Assembly (NCBI RefSeq): GCF_006345805.1
Contig: NC_043023.1
Span: 13,020,001 to 13,084,000, forward strand
DNA from: Octopus sinensis
Lineage: Eukaryota
Reading direction: 5' to 3'
Length of the DNA: 64,000 bases
This document shows positions 30,567 to 43,122 of the stretch, one piece after another (the stretch's first letter is position 1; every line of letters starts with the position of its first letter). The notes under the pieces were generated by a model. The model ran no database searches, was not told the origin of the DNA, and was given only the letters and a program-made list of their open reading frames with translations. The position numbers and the translations under genes are program-made.

Positions 30567-31415
30567 ATGGAAGGAAAATTATGTAATAACACATCTGGAA
30601 AGACTGATGTTGTTTGTGATTTAAAGGAAGAGGAAGGAGAATCATCGTACCAGTGTGATGTCTGTGATGAAGCATTCTCTGAAAGAGATAGCTTGACTAA
30701 GCACAAATGTATTCATGCAGGAGACAGGCCATATTCCTGTGATATCTGTGGAAAATCGTTCCATCGAAATTATCACTTAACAAGACACAAACTCACTCAT
30801 ACGGGCTATAAAGCCTATCGCTGTGATATCTGTGGTAAATCGTTAACTCAAAAGTCCAACCTAAATAAGCACATGCGTATTCATACCGGAGAGAAGGTTT
30901 ATTGCTGTGACATCTGTGGGAAATCATTTTCTGGCAGTAATTCTTTTATAATACATAAACGAATTCATTCAGGCGATAGGCCGTACTGCTGTGATGTCTG
31001 TGGTAAATCATTCTATGAATCTGTTGATTTAACTAAACACAGACGTATGCATACAGGTGAGAAACCATATCACTGTGACATCTGTGGCATGTCGTTCTCC
31101 GTAAGCTCTAACTTGACGAAACACAAGCGTACACATACAGGTGAGAAGCCATATCATTGTGACACCTGTGGTAAGTCATTTTCTGCAGCTTATAACTTGA
31201 AAACTCACAAACGTATTCATACAGGTGAGAAACCATATTGCTGTGATATCTGTGGTAAATCGTTCTATACAAATGGTGCATTAACTAATCACAAACGTGT
31301 TCATACAGGTGAGAAACCGTATCATTGTGACATCTGTGGTAAATCATTTTCTTCACGTAGCCAATTAACTAGTCACCAACGTATTCATACTGGGGAAAAA
31401 ACCACATCACTGTGA
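30567..31415 (+). CDS. C2H2 zinc-finger protein D, 282 aa, 9 fingers
   Basis: Intact ORF; ends TGEKTTSL through a +1 A in the linker. Confidence 0.9.
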   Translation: MEGKLCNNTSGKTDVVCDLKEEEGESSYQCDVCDEAFSERDSLTKHKCIHAGDRPYSCDICGKSFHRNYHLTRHKLTHTGYKAYRCDICGKSLTQKSNLNKHMRIHTGEKVYCCDICGKSFSGSNSFIIHKRIHSGDRPYCCDVCGKSFYESVDLTKHRRMHTGEKPYHCDICGMSFSVSSNLTKHKRTHTGEKPYHCDTCGKSFSAAYNLKTHKRIHTGEKPYCCDICGKSFYTNGALTNHKRVHTGEKPYHCDICGKSFSSRSQLTSHQRIHTGEKTTSL

Positions 31416-31944
31416 TACCTGTGGTAAATTATTCTCTTTCACACTCTCTCTCTCAATAATAAAATTTTCATTTTTGATTCCATGAACACTGATTTTCTTT
31501 TCTTTCTGGTAAACTTTAATAACAATTACGGAGATGTACTTGCATAGCAAGTGATTTGATCTGAGATTGTGTGCTGAAAGGAAAACAATTGCAGCGTGGA
31601 ATGTATTTGTAAGCCATTTAAGAAACACACAAAAACGTTAGATTTACTTCAACATTTAAGTTTAATTTGTCGAAATATTTTCGTCACTTTAAGATCGCGA
31701 CTTGTTCACTGACAAAAATCCGTGCTGCATCACGGTTTAATAACAATATATAAGATAATTAAATAAAATTTTTGCACCTCAAATTTGTTTTTTGTGTATC
31801 TCTCTGGTTGTTTGACTTCTGCCTAAAATGTTGCAAAGTTAACAGAATATAACACAAGTAAATAAGTAGTAATTTTTTAAGTCATAAAATTGAAGTATTG
31901 TCTGTTTAAAGAAAGCTTGACAATATTTGTTTAATAAAACTAAG

Positions 31945-32345
31945 TAGGATTGGCTGTGTGGTAAGTAGCTTGCTTACGAACCACATGGTTCTGGGTTCAG
32001 TCCCACTGTGTGGCACCTTAGGCAAGTGTCTTCTACTATAGCCTCGGGCCGACCAAAGCCTTGTGAGTGGTTATGGTAGACGGAAACTGAAAGGAGCCTG
32101 TCGTATATATGTATATATATGTATGTGTATGTGTGTATATGTTTGTGTGTCTGTGTTTGACCCCTAGCATTGCTTGACAACCGATGCTGGTGTGCTTACA
32201 TCCCTATAACCTAGCGGTTTGGCGAAAGAGACCGATAGAATCAGAACTAGGCTTACAAAGAATAAGTCCTGGGGTCGATTTGCTCGACAAAAAGGTGGTG
32301 CTCCAGCATGGCCACAGTCAAATGACTGAAACAAGTAAAAACAAA
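31945..32345 (+). mobile_element. SINE family 2
   Basis: Homology to 10161 copy. Confidence 0.85.
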
Positions 32346-32738
32346 AAAAAAAGGATAAAAGGAAGGTAATTATATATATATATATTTGTTTTGCAAGATT
32401 TTTGATGTGAAATCGTGTGTTGAAACAGATTTTGTTGTATTTAGGAAGGGTCATTTTGCCAGTTTAGCCAATAAAAACACATGCACAATATATTTGGTGT
32501 TATATATGAATATTTACAAATATTTGCCATTTCAGTGTTGTTTGTGAATATTTATGAATGAAGAATTTTGCCGAGGCGGTGAGGTTTGTCTTGAGGATCT
32601 TTTTCCGTTTCAGGCGGTAAAGAGCCTGAGAGAGATAGACAGAGATAGAGAACATTTAGATGTTGCTGGAACAAAAGATTATGTGTGTGTGCTGTTAATG
32701 TAATCTTGTGTAATTTTGGATTTCGTATGGTTATGTAT

Positions 32739-33142
32739 AGTGGCTGTGTGGTAAGTAGCCTGCTTACCAACCACACGGTTCCGGGTTCAGTCCCACTGCG
32801 TGGCACCTTGGGCAAGTGTCTTCTACTATAGCCTCGGGCTGACCAAAGCCATGTGAGTGGATTTGGCAGACGGAAACTGAAAGAAGCCTGTCATATATAT
32901 GTATATATATATATATATGTATGTGTATGTGTATATGTTTGTGTGTCTGTATTTGTTCCCCCAACATCGCTTGACAACCGATGCTGGTGTGCTTACGTCC
33001 CCGTCACTTAGCGGTTCGGCAAAAGAACCGATAGAATAAGTACTCGGCTTACAAAGAATAAGTCCCGGGGTCGATTTGCTTGACTAAAAGGTGGTGCTCC
33101 AGCATGGCCGCAGTCAAATGACTGAAACAAGTAAAAGAGTAA
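32739..33142 (+). mobile_element. SINE family 2
   Basis: Homology to 10161 copy. Confidence 0.85.
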
Positions 33143-33271
33143 ACTAACGTAAACATACACACAAATATACTCATTTGTTTTGAATTTTATGTTCCGTTGT
33201 ATTCAATATACTCATTCACCTGCTATGGAGAATGAATCGAACAGAAGGCGATGGTTAAACTCTCTCTCTAT

Positions 33272-33911
33272 CCGCTCAGTTGAAGTTGACTCTCGGTCAC
33301 TCGGATCAGTGTCCTCCAGTCAGTTCTATCCTGGGCCACTTCTTTCAGATTGGCCATGTCCATTCCAGTATCACTCTTGGTTGTGTCAAGCCAGCGGGTT
33401 CTTGGTCGGCCTCTTTCTCTCTTGCCACTGACCATTCTGTGTATATAATATATACCTATCTATCTATCCGCTCAGTCGAAGTCGACTCTCGGTTACTCGT
33501 TGGATCAGTGTCCTCCAGTCAGTTCTATCCTGGGCCGCTTCTATCAGATTGGTTACGTCCATTCCAGTATGACTCTTGATGGTGTCAAGCCAGTGGGTTC
33601 TTGGTCGACCTCTTCCTCTCTTGCCACTGACCATTCCGAGCATGATGTCCTTCTCCATATCTGCATAATATGACCAAAATATGTATATATATATATATAT
33701 CCGCTCAGTCGAAGTCGACTCTCGGTCACTCGTTGGATCAGTGTCCTCCAGTCAGTTCTATCCTGGGCCGCTTCTATCAGATTGGTTATGTCCATTCCAG
33801 TATGACTCTTGATGGTGTCAAGCCAGTGGGTTCTTGGTCGACCTCTTCCTCTCTTGCCACTGACCATTCCGAGCATGATGTCCTTCTCCATATCTGCATA
33901 ATATGACCAAA

Positions 33912-33948
<37 letters not shown>

Positions 33949-34790
33949 CTCAGTCGAAGTCAACTCTTGGTCACTCGTTGGATCAGTGTCCTCCAGTCAG
34001 TTCTTTCCTGGGCCACTTCTTTCAGGTTGGCAATGTCCATTCCGGTATCACTCTTGATGGTGTCAAGCCAGTGGGTTCTTGGTCGGCCTCTTCCTCTCTT
34101 GCCACTGACCATTCTGAGCATGATGTCCTTCTCCATATCTGCATAATATGACCAAAATATGTATATATATATATATATCCGCTCAGTCGAAGTTGACTCT
34201 CGGTCACTCGTTGGATCAGTGTCCTCCAGTCAGTTCTATCCTGGGCCGCTTCTATCAGATTGGTTATGTCCATTCCAGTATGACTCTTGATGGTGTCAAG
34301 CCAGTGGGTTCTTGGTCGACCTCTTCCTCTCTTGCCACTGACCATTCCGAGCATGATGTCCTTCTCCATATCTGCATAATATGACCAAAATATGTATATA
34401 TATATATAAAATAAAATATATATATATATATATATATCCGCTCACTCGAAGTCGACTCTCGGTCACTCGTTGGATCAGTGTCCTCCAGTCAGTTCTATCC
34501 TGGGCCACTTCTTTCAGGTTGGCCATGTCCATTCCGGTATCACTCTTGATGGTGTCAAGCCAGTGGGTTCTTGGTCGGCCTCTTCCTCTCTTGCCACTGA
34601 CCATTCCGAGCATGATGTCCTTCTCCAGGGATTTTCTCCGCATAACATGACCAAAATATGCCAATCTATGCTTGGTGATCCTAGCTTCTAGCGACATTTT
34701 CGGCCTGATCTGCTTAAGAACTTCTCCATTGGTGAGCCTCGCTGTCCATGGAATCTGCAAAAGTCTTCTCCAACACCAAAGCTCAAATGA
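33272..34790 (-). mobile_element. RTE LINE 3' end plus five tandem copies of its terminal segment
   Basis: AFELWCWRRLLQIPWTAR...FGHVMRR...GKRGRGRPR..WLD; units start at 33272,33468,33701,33946,34179,34438. Confidence 0.9.
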
Positions 34791-35009
34791 CTAGACAGAG
34801 AGACTCAAAAGGGAAGAACAGCCAATGTTCATCTGCAAGAACTGGATGCAAGATTAAACAATATATTAAGGTTATTGAATCAATCACAAGGAGAGGGGAG
34901 ATGAGCACAAGATGCTATAAGACCGGCTCAAAGATGTCAAAAGGAGAAGGGGCACCTAATTGCACAAAGGAGAGATATCCAAAGATGGATCACAGCACAA
35001 AGGCACCAA

Positions 35010-35810
35010 GATGAAATGAGCAAGCATTCGGTAGACTGTTTTTCTCCCATTCATTCTCTTTAACGAACAAACTTTCATAGTGGCATTTACAAACCTCTCT
35101 CTTTGCAGCCTCGTTTAATGCAAGTGAACCATCATTCATGTGGATACATTTCTCTCCTACGACATCACGGTTCTCTCTCACACAAAGGCGGCGAGCTGGC
35201 AGAAACGTTAGCACGCCTGGCGAAATGCGTAGCCGTATTTCGTCTGCCACTACGTTCTAAGTTCAAATTCCGCTGAGGTCGACTTTGCCTTTCATCCTTT
35301 CGGGGTCGATAAATTAAGTACCAGTTACCCACTGGGGTTGATATAATCAACTTAATCCGTTTTTCTGTCCTTGTTGGTCCTCTCTGTGTTTAGCCCCTTG
35401 TGGGTAGTAAAGAAATAGATTCTCTCTCACACACTGTCTAGCAACACAAAATACCTCAAGTCTTTGGTCTTCATGGCACAGAACATTGGCAAATTTTTTC
35501 TTATCTGCTTCCCCTCTGGCTAAATAAACCTGTCTCCTAGCTTCCCTTCTGGCAGTCTGATACAATTCCCTGCTACCACCGCTCTTCCAGTCCTTCCAAG
35601 CCTGTTTCTTTTGTCTAATAGCCCTGTCAACAACGCTGTTCCACCACCGTTACCTTAGGTCGAGAGGGGACTTTGCACCATCCACAGATCTGGTCGGTGG
35701 CCCCCAGCAGGTTGTCCTGTAGAAACCTCCAGTGGTCTTCCACATCATGTGAAGCTATATCCCCTTCTATTTCGTCAAGGTCAGAGGTAAATAGCAGTGG
35801 TCAGAACATT
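35010..35810 (-). mobile_element. Degenerate RTE-type LINE internal fragment split by a SINE
   Basis: YQTARREARRQVYLARGEADKKKFANVL...VARQCVREN|RDVVGEKCI; SINE 35185-35419 with 14-bp TSD TTCTCTCTCACACA. Confidence 0.7.
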
Positions 35811-35882
35811 TCTGCAAAGCTCTTGCATGAACTTCTGGCATAGGCTGACCAAAAGAGAGATCTGTGCTTCTTTATGCCCAAG

Positions 35883-35930
<48 letters not shown>

Positions 35931-36619
35931 TCACTACCAAAACATATAGATGTCAGTGACGTCACAACCTAGTGACATTTACATACAAAGGGACGTAATT
36001 CAGCTATCCTGCTTTCCTACTATTTGTTCTACAGACGGGAATTCATAGAATTATGAGGAAAAAATTGTGTCTGGTTTAAGGGCGAATTAGCTGCTGTTTT
36101 TAACACATCCCACGACCACCTGATACATTCCTCGTTTCGTTGTCACTCTGACATGTATTACTGTTTTGCAATATTTTTCTCCTCATAAACACATTGAATG
36201 AAATGATGATGGTGATGTCCCCAAGGGCGATCCATTGTTGGGATTTATGCAAGAAAAATTCAAACTGTCAATATTTCAAACTCTAATTTAAAATGACTAA
36301 TCGAAAAAGCTTGCAGAATAATTTCGTGAACAGGTTGTTCTATTGATTGGATCACCTGGAAACCTCGTCGTAAAAGACGGAGATCCCCAGTCTTTTACAC
36401 AGACACACGCCTTGTGGTAAGAATCTTGCTTCCCCACCACATGGTTCCGTGTCCGTACCACTGCGTGGCATCTTGGGCAAGGATCTTCTACTGTTATCTA
36501 AGGTTGAGCAATGCCTTATAATGGATTTGGTAGACGGAAACTGAAAGAAGTCCGTCAGGTGTGTGTATGTATATATATATATATCTTTACCAATTTATAT
36601 ATATATATATATAGGTTAT

Positions 36620-37439
36620 AAAATGAGATAGGGGTTGAAAAATTCAACCCACCATGGGATAATATATATCCAATATACTGCTAGATAGGTACCCAACAAA
36701 ATTAATACATAGATGTTAAAAATTGTCAAACAATCAGTTCATCTATTGCATTATATGGGTAAAGGTAATAATATTACCGTAAATTAATACTACAAAATTA
36801 GAGAATGGAGAAATATACTTAAATCAGTAAAACATCAACTATCCGATGATACTCAATCCATACTTTAATACACCATTACATATGAGTAAAGGCAATACAT
36901 AAAATGAAATGAGATATACAGTAATAGTAAAAAGATAAAGAGATATAAGTAAAAAATTTTCAAATATAATATGCAAATAAATCAAAACTGACAGCTGTTT
37001 CGGCAGTGAGGACAGTCATACCTCATTTAACCTATAAGCCATAAAGGCAGGTATAAATGAGGCATTAACAAGGATGCCCCACGGCCTCTTCAGAGAATTA
37101 AATTAAATTTGTTATAATAGTGAAAAATATTATACAGTCATATACATATAAATATAAAAATATAAAAATGTAAAATATAAAAACTTATACATCATAATGC
37201 TACACTTATATAATATAATACACATTTGTACAAAAAAGGAAGGTAAACAGAACAAAATAAAACAAAATATATAATAGTGTATATATTAATATCAATAAGT
37301 ACCGATATTATACATATTTGGCTAATAGTTTTTTTTATATATAAAAAAAAGGCTAACATATATGGAGATGAAAAATAATAATTAAATCCGTGGTACAGTT
37401 CATAAGATTCTAAAGCTATAAAAGTTAATAAAAATTACT

Positions 37440-37491
<52 letters not shown>

Positions 37492-37631
37492 TATAATAAA
37501 AAATATAAAAAATAGATACAGTTAAGTTAGCACCAAGTCCATCCTTACAAGATCGAGATAACTATCTCGATCTTGTAAGGATGGACTTGGTGCTAACTTA
37601 ACTGTATCTATTTTTTATATTTTTTATTATA

Positions 37632-37686
<55 letters not shown>

Positions 37687-38335
37687 AGTAATTTTTATTA
37701 ACTTTTATAGCTTTAGAATCTTATGAACTGTACCACGGATTTAATTATTATTTTTCATCTCCATATATGTTAGCCTTTTTTTTATATATAAAAAAAACTA
37801 TTAGCCAAATATGTATAATATCGGTACTTATTGATATTAATATATACACTATTATATATTTTGTTTTATTTTGTTCTGTTTACCTTCCTTTTTTGTACAA
37901 ATGTGTATTATATTATATAAGTGTAGCATTATGATGTATAAGTTTTTATATTTTACATTTTTATATTTTTATATTTATATGTATATGACTATAATATTTT
38001 TCACTATTATAACAAATTTAATTTAATTCTCTGAAGAGGCCGTGGGGCATCCTTGTTAATGCCTCATTTATACCTGCCTTTATGGCTTATAGGTTAAATG
38101 AGGTATGACTGTCCTCACTGCCGAAACAGCTGTCAGTTTTGATTTATTTGCATATTATATTTGAAAATTTTTTACTTATATCTCTTTATCTTTTTACTAT
38201 TACTGTATATCTCATTTCATTTTATGTATTGCCTTTACTCATATGTAATGGTGTATTAAAGTATGGATTGAGTATCATCGGATAGTTGATGTTTTACTGA
38301 TTTAAGTATATTTCTCCATTCTCTAATTTTGTAGT
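36620..38335. mobile_element. 1.7-kb fold-back Penelope-like element with about 772-bp arms between (TA)n tracts
   Basis: 36789-37560 is the reverse complement of 37563-38335 (2-nt spacer); left side extends 170 bp further; one hammerhead per arm. Confidence 0.8.
38025..38140 (+). ncRNA. Type I hammerhead with extended stem II; predicted cleavage after GUC 38134 (mirror copy at about 36985-37099 on minus)
   Basis: CTGAAGA GGCCGTGGGG...CCTCACTGCC GAAAC AGCT GTC; internal TGCCTCATTTA/TAAATGAGGTA helix; stem I weak. Confidence 0.75.
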
Positions 38336-38385
38336 TATATATATATATATATATATACGAGAAAGAAGCAACAAGAATGGATTAG

Positions 38386-38477
38386 TTTTTAGTACAATTG
38401 TTTCATACAAAGACAGGCTTTATTAAAAGTTGCAAAAATTGCAGCAGATAAAAGTGTCCCGTACTCATCAGGTAAAA
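38386..38477 (-). ncRNA. Probable degenerate type I hammerhead
   Basis: TTTTAC CTGATGA GTAC (52 nt) GTAT GAAAC AATT GTA CTAAAA; C-C mismatch at first stem I pair. Confidence 0.55.
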
Positions 38478-38795
38478 TACATGTGAGTTCTCCAAACATC
38501 TTAGTGGGTGAGGCTACACTCATGAAGTATTGGAGATAATTTCATTAAAAGCAGATTTAGGTTGTAAACAGATTTCCGAAGTTCTTTAATGATGATGCAC
38601 AGTCTTATCACAGATTTTTAAAAGCTTATTAGCTTCACAGAGAAGCACCTGTTTTTGAGAACAAGGAAATAAATAGTACTTGTACGTTGCTTAAACGAAG
38701 TTTTATTTAATTTTAAATCTTAATTTTTAATTTTTAATTTAATCTAATTTAGGTAACACAACTTTAATAAATTGACTTAAATCTTAATTGCTTTT

Positions 38796-38830
<35 letters not shown>

Positions 38831-38843
<13 letters not shown>

Positions 38844-39225
38844 CGTAAAGCTGAAGTTGTCTGTGTATGGCAGGTTTGGTAGCCTTCAACTAACACTATC
38901 TCCTCCGAGACCCTGCGGAGCCAGTTGACCAAAATTGAGAGTATGATAGAAGAAGGCTTGCTCTTCCTTCTGTAGAAGATAAAATTCAAATCGGACCATG
39001 TTAACATAAAAAATTATTTACATCAAAAAGGTGCTTTTTTTCTATGAAAATCCCTATTTTTTACGATTTTTTTACTGCTGTGTCGCCACTTTTCGGTGTA
39101 TTTCAACCAGAAAAATGTCCACTTAAAGAGAATAACAAGCTACATAATGCAAGATTTTTACTTTTCAAAAATTCCAATTCTAAAGGGTCGAAACAAACCC
39201 GAGCAACGCCGGGCAATACTGCTAG
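38831..39225 (+). mobile_element. Non-autonomous Helitron (5' end obscured by TA repeat)
   Basis: 3' CCCGAGCAACGCCGGGCAATACTGCTAG|T. Confidence 0.8.
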
Positions 39226-39260
39226 TATACACATACACACAGAGACACACACACACACAC

Positions 39261-39332
<72 letters not shown>

Positions 39333-40384
39333 GACTGTTAAGTTACGGGGACGTAAACACACCAACATCAGTTATCAAGCGATGGTTAGGGGGACAAACA
39401 TATAGACACACACACAAACAGACATATTCATATACATGTTGGTGTGCTTACGATCCAGTAACACAGCGGTTCGGGGAAAAAGGGGCCTGATTGAATAAGT
39501 CCTAGGCTTTAAAAAAAAATCCTGGGGTCAGTTACCTCGACTAAAAAAAAAAAAGAACTTTAAGGCTGTGCTACAGCATGGCCGCAGTCAAATGACTGTA
39601 ACAAGTAACAGAATAATATATATATTTCTTTATTATCCACAAGGGGCTACACACAGAGGGGACAAACAAGGACAGACAAACGGATTAAGTCGATTACATC
39701 GTCCTCAGTGCGAAACTGGTACTTTTTTTTATCGACCCCGAAAGGATGAAAGGCAAAGTCGACCTCGGCGGAATTTGAACTCAGAACGTAGCGGCAGATG
39801 AAATACCTATATCTTTACTACCCACAAGGGGCTAAACACAGAGGAGGACAAACAAGGACAGACAAAGGGATTAAGTCGATTATATCGACCCCAGTGCGAA
39901 ACCGGTATTTTATTTATCGTCCCCGAAAGGATGAAAGGCAAAGTCGACCTCGGCGGAATTTGAACACAGAACGTAACGACAGACGAAATATCGCTAAGCA
40001 TAATATAATATAATATAATATATATATATTTCCCTGTATGTAAAACCATTTCCTTTAAAACAGTGATTCCCAAGGGGAGCCCATACGGCCCCTGCTCGTC
40101 CGTATAAGATTTTGGGGGCTCTACACAATTAAATAATTAATTGGGACCCACAATGGTATTTTAAGGTTCCTTTGAATAAATTTTGCTTTAGATGTTTGTA
40201 TTGTTATTAATTGCAAGGAATAAGTTTCTTTCTCGAACGTTTTATATAGTTAAACATTTACAAGTCAATGTAGGGAAAAACGAATTAGAAATTATGAAAG
40301 AAGTTTCTATAGAACTAGTTTTTAATGTATGTACACACGCCCCTAGGTACACGCATACACATACACGCTGCGAGCTTTAATTCA

Positions 40385-40514
40385 TTTCGTCGTTTCCGTT
40401 TCCGATTCGGTTTTTCACAAATTTCTTATGATTTGTCTTTTGAGTTTATTGGAAGGACGTTTATTGTTATTTAAACGATTTCACTGGAATCACTGGCTTT
40501 CATATCGATAACAG
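40385..40514 (+). other. Predicted non-coding exon 1 of gene E (acceptor 42812/42813)
   Basis: Homologous block; CAG|GTAAGA. Confidence 0.6.
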
Positions 40515-41029
40515 GTAAGATACCATATACACATCTAAGCGAAAGAAAGGCCTCTCGATGTCCCGTGTCTCAAAAGAAAAGAAAAAACGGTATTTTCTGT
40601 TATTTAATATTTTTTAAATTCATAAATCAAAAATTATTATTTTGGAACGAAACGAAACGAAGACGGCTACACAAATATGCGGGTTCCTTTCATTACAGTT
40701 TTGGTTCCCAACACTTTTGGTACATTTTTTCCCCTTTTCCCGTGAATTATGGACTTGAAAGGGCAGCTGTTCCAGAACTACACGCACACGGTAATCTCAG
40801 AAATGAAAGTTCGATTCTCAAGGCCGACCGCTGACAAATTTTTCTTCAAAAGATGGATATTCTATCCTATTCAGAATTATTCTGCGTTTTGGGAATAAAT
40901 CATTTCCATATCTTTATATTTCAATACATCTCTCAACGTTTCTAACACTACTTCTGCTCCTGATCAGAGATGCACATATCGTCAGCCACTAAGAGACATG
41001 CTCAACTGGTTATAGTCAAACAACTGACT

Positions 41030-41330
41030 ATTATTATTATCATTATTACTAGTAGTAATAGTAGTAGTAGTAGCAGCAGCAGCGGAATTAGTAGTAGTAG
41101 TAGTAGCAACAGAATTAGTATTAGTAGTTGTAGTAGTAGCAGCAGAATTAGTAGTAGTAGAATTAATAGTAGTAATAGTAGTAGCAACAGCAGCAGAATT
41201 AGTAGTAGTAGTAGCAGAATTAGTAGTTGTAGTAGTAGTAGCAGCAGATTATTAGTAGTAGTAGTAGTAGTAGCAGAATTAGTAGTTGTAGTAGTAGTAG
41301 CAGAATTAATAGTAGTAGTAGTACTGTTGT
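41030..41330. repeat. Degenerate (AGT/AGC/ATT)n trinucleotide repeat
   Basis: Direct reading. Confidence 0.95.
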
Positions 41331-41349
41331 ACATATATCGCAATATACT

Positions 41350-41767
41350 CTTTTGCTTGTTTCAGTCATTTGACTGTGGCCATGCTGGAGCACCGTCTTT
41401 AGTCGAATCAAATTGACCCCAGGACTTATTCTTTTGTAAGCCCAGTACTTATTCTATCGGTCACTTTTGCCAAACCGCTAATTTACGGGGACGTAAACAC
41501 ACCAGCATTGGTTGTGAAGCAATGCTAGGGGAACAAACACAGACACACAACATATACACACACATACATACATACATATATACATACATATATATATATA
41601 TATATATACGACGGTCTTCTTTTAGTTTCCGTCTACCAAATCCACCCACAAGGTTTTGGTCAGCCCGAGGCCATAGTTGAAGACACTTGCCCAAGGTGCC
41701 ACACAGTGGGACTGAACCCGGAACCATATAGTTTGTAAGCAAGCTACATACCACACAGCCACTCCTG
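41350..41767 (-). mobile_element. SINE family 2
   Basis: Reverse-complement homology to 10161 copy. Confidence 0.85.
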
Positions 41768-43122
41768 TGTGGTAAGTATATAATTTATATACATGTGTGT
41801 GTTTATGCTATATATATACGTATGTATGTGTGTACTAGCAGAGATATTTGGCATTGCTCGGGATTAAAGTGGCATAGTTTGTATATAATATGTTACAGTT
41901 ACGTTGAAACAGGTGATATGGAAAAGTGAAGCATTGTTTATATTTAGACTGACATTGTAGGGTAGGTGTGAGAAGCAAGATTTGGCCACTTTCAACATCA
42001 AACTGGTAGAATGATTTGGCTGGATATGGCCGGATTAAATACTGAAGAATTAATCCTTTAGTACTCAGATTACTCTGTCAAATGTAATCCTTATTTATCC
42101 ACATTGTTTTGGATTAATCATGGATTATCTCATAGCTTTGAGATTTCAATGATGTGATTGTTTATTTTTAGAATGACATTGTAGGGTAGGTGTGAGAAGC
42201 AAGATTTGGCCAGTTTCAACATCAAACTGGTAGAATAATTTGGCTGGATATGGCCGGATTAAATACTGAAGAATTAATCCTTTAGCAATCAGATTACTCT
42301 GTCAAATGTAATCCTTATTTATCCACATTGTTTTGGATTAATCAATCATTTTCTTGTAGCTTTGGGATTTTGAAGATGTGAAGCAATAACATCTCTCTCT
42401 TGTAATGTCAGATACTTTCACTTTAATACTGAAACTATAAGATGGATGACCTGTAAGTGGACATCCATTATGCTAGAAGAAGATGTGCTATGGTCTTACC
42501 TTTAACAAAGGAATGGTAAGACCTTGGCGGATCTTCTTCTAGCATAATGGATGTCCACCTACAGGTCATCCTTCTTATATGTATGTAATGTAATTTTTTC
42601 AGAAACATCAGATTTTTCAACATGCTCCACCACTGGTTTTAAATTGATGTTACTCAATCATTTCCTTGTAGCTTTGAGACTTTGAAGATGTGATTGTATA
42701 TTTTTAGAAAGACATTGTAGGCTAGGTGTGAGAGGCCTGATAATGTCTGCTTTAAATGTTAAACGGTTAACCATCTTCTCTGTCTTACTCTGTTATTTCT
42801 CTCTTCTTTCAGAATATCAAATGACATTGGCATCAAAGAATTGGTTGCATCGAGGTACAGCATCTTTTAAAGACTGGAAGGAAATGTTCTTCGTAGAATG
42901 GATCTTTGGTGTCTTACAGGAAAATAGTTCTTTGGAGCCGAGACAATTTGTAATACGCAGCAGCAGGTCTCTTCTTCTTCTTCAAGGACTTGAATGCTTA
43001 GGAGAAGACTTTCATTTGTCATTCTAACAATTTGAGAAGAAATATATTTATTAAGAGCAATATGTAAAAAGAATGGAAAGCAGGAAAAACGACTGTTTAT
43101 TGTAGAAAAGAGAAGGGAAATT

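Noticed and set aside
36789-38335. Explaining all palindromes as sequencing fold-back artefacts
   Set aside because: Several have mismatched or indel-bearing arms, non-palindromic loops, consistent TA flanks, and one recurs at two loci; artefact remains possible for the near-perfect cases (2601, 36789) until reads are checked
40970-41416. Poly-Ser / poly-Leu / poly-Thr ORFs
   Set aside because: Trinucleotide repeat translation
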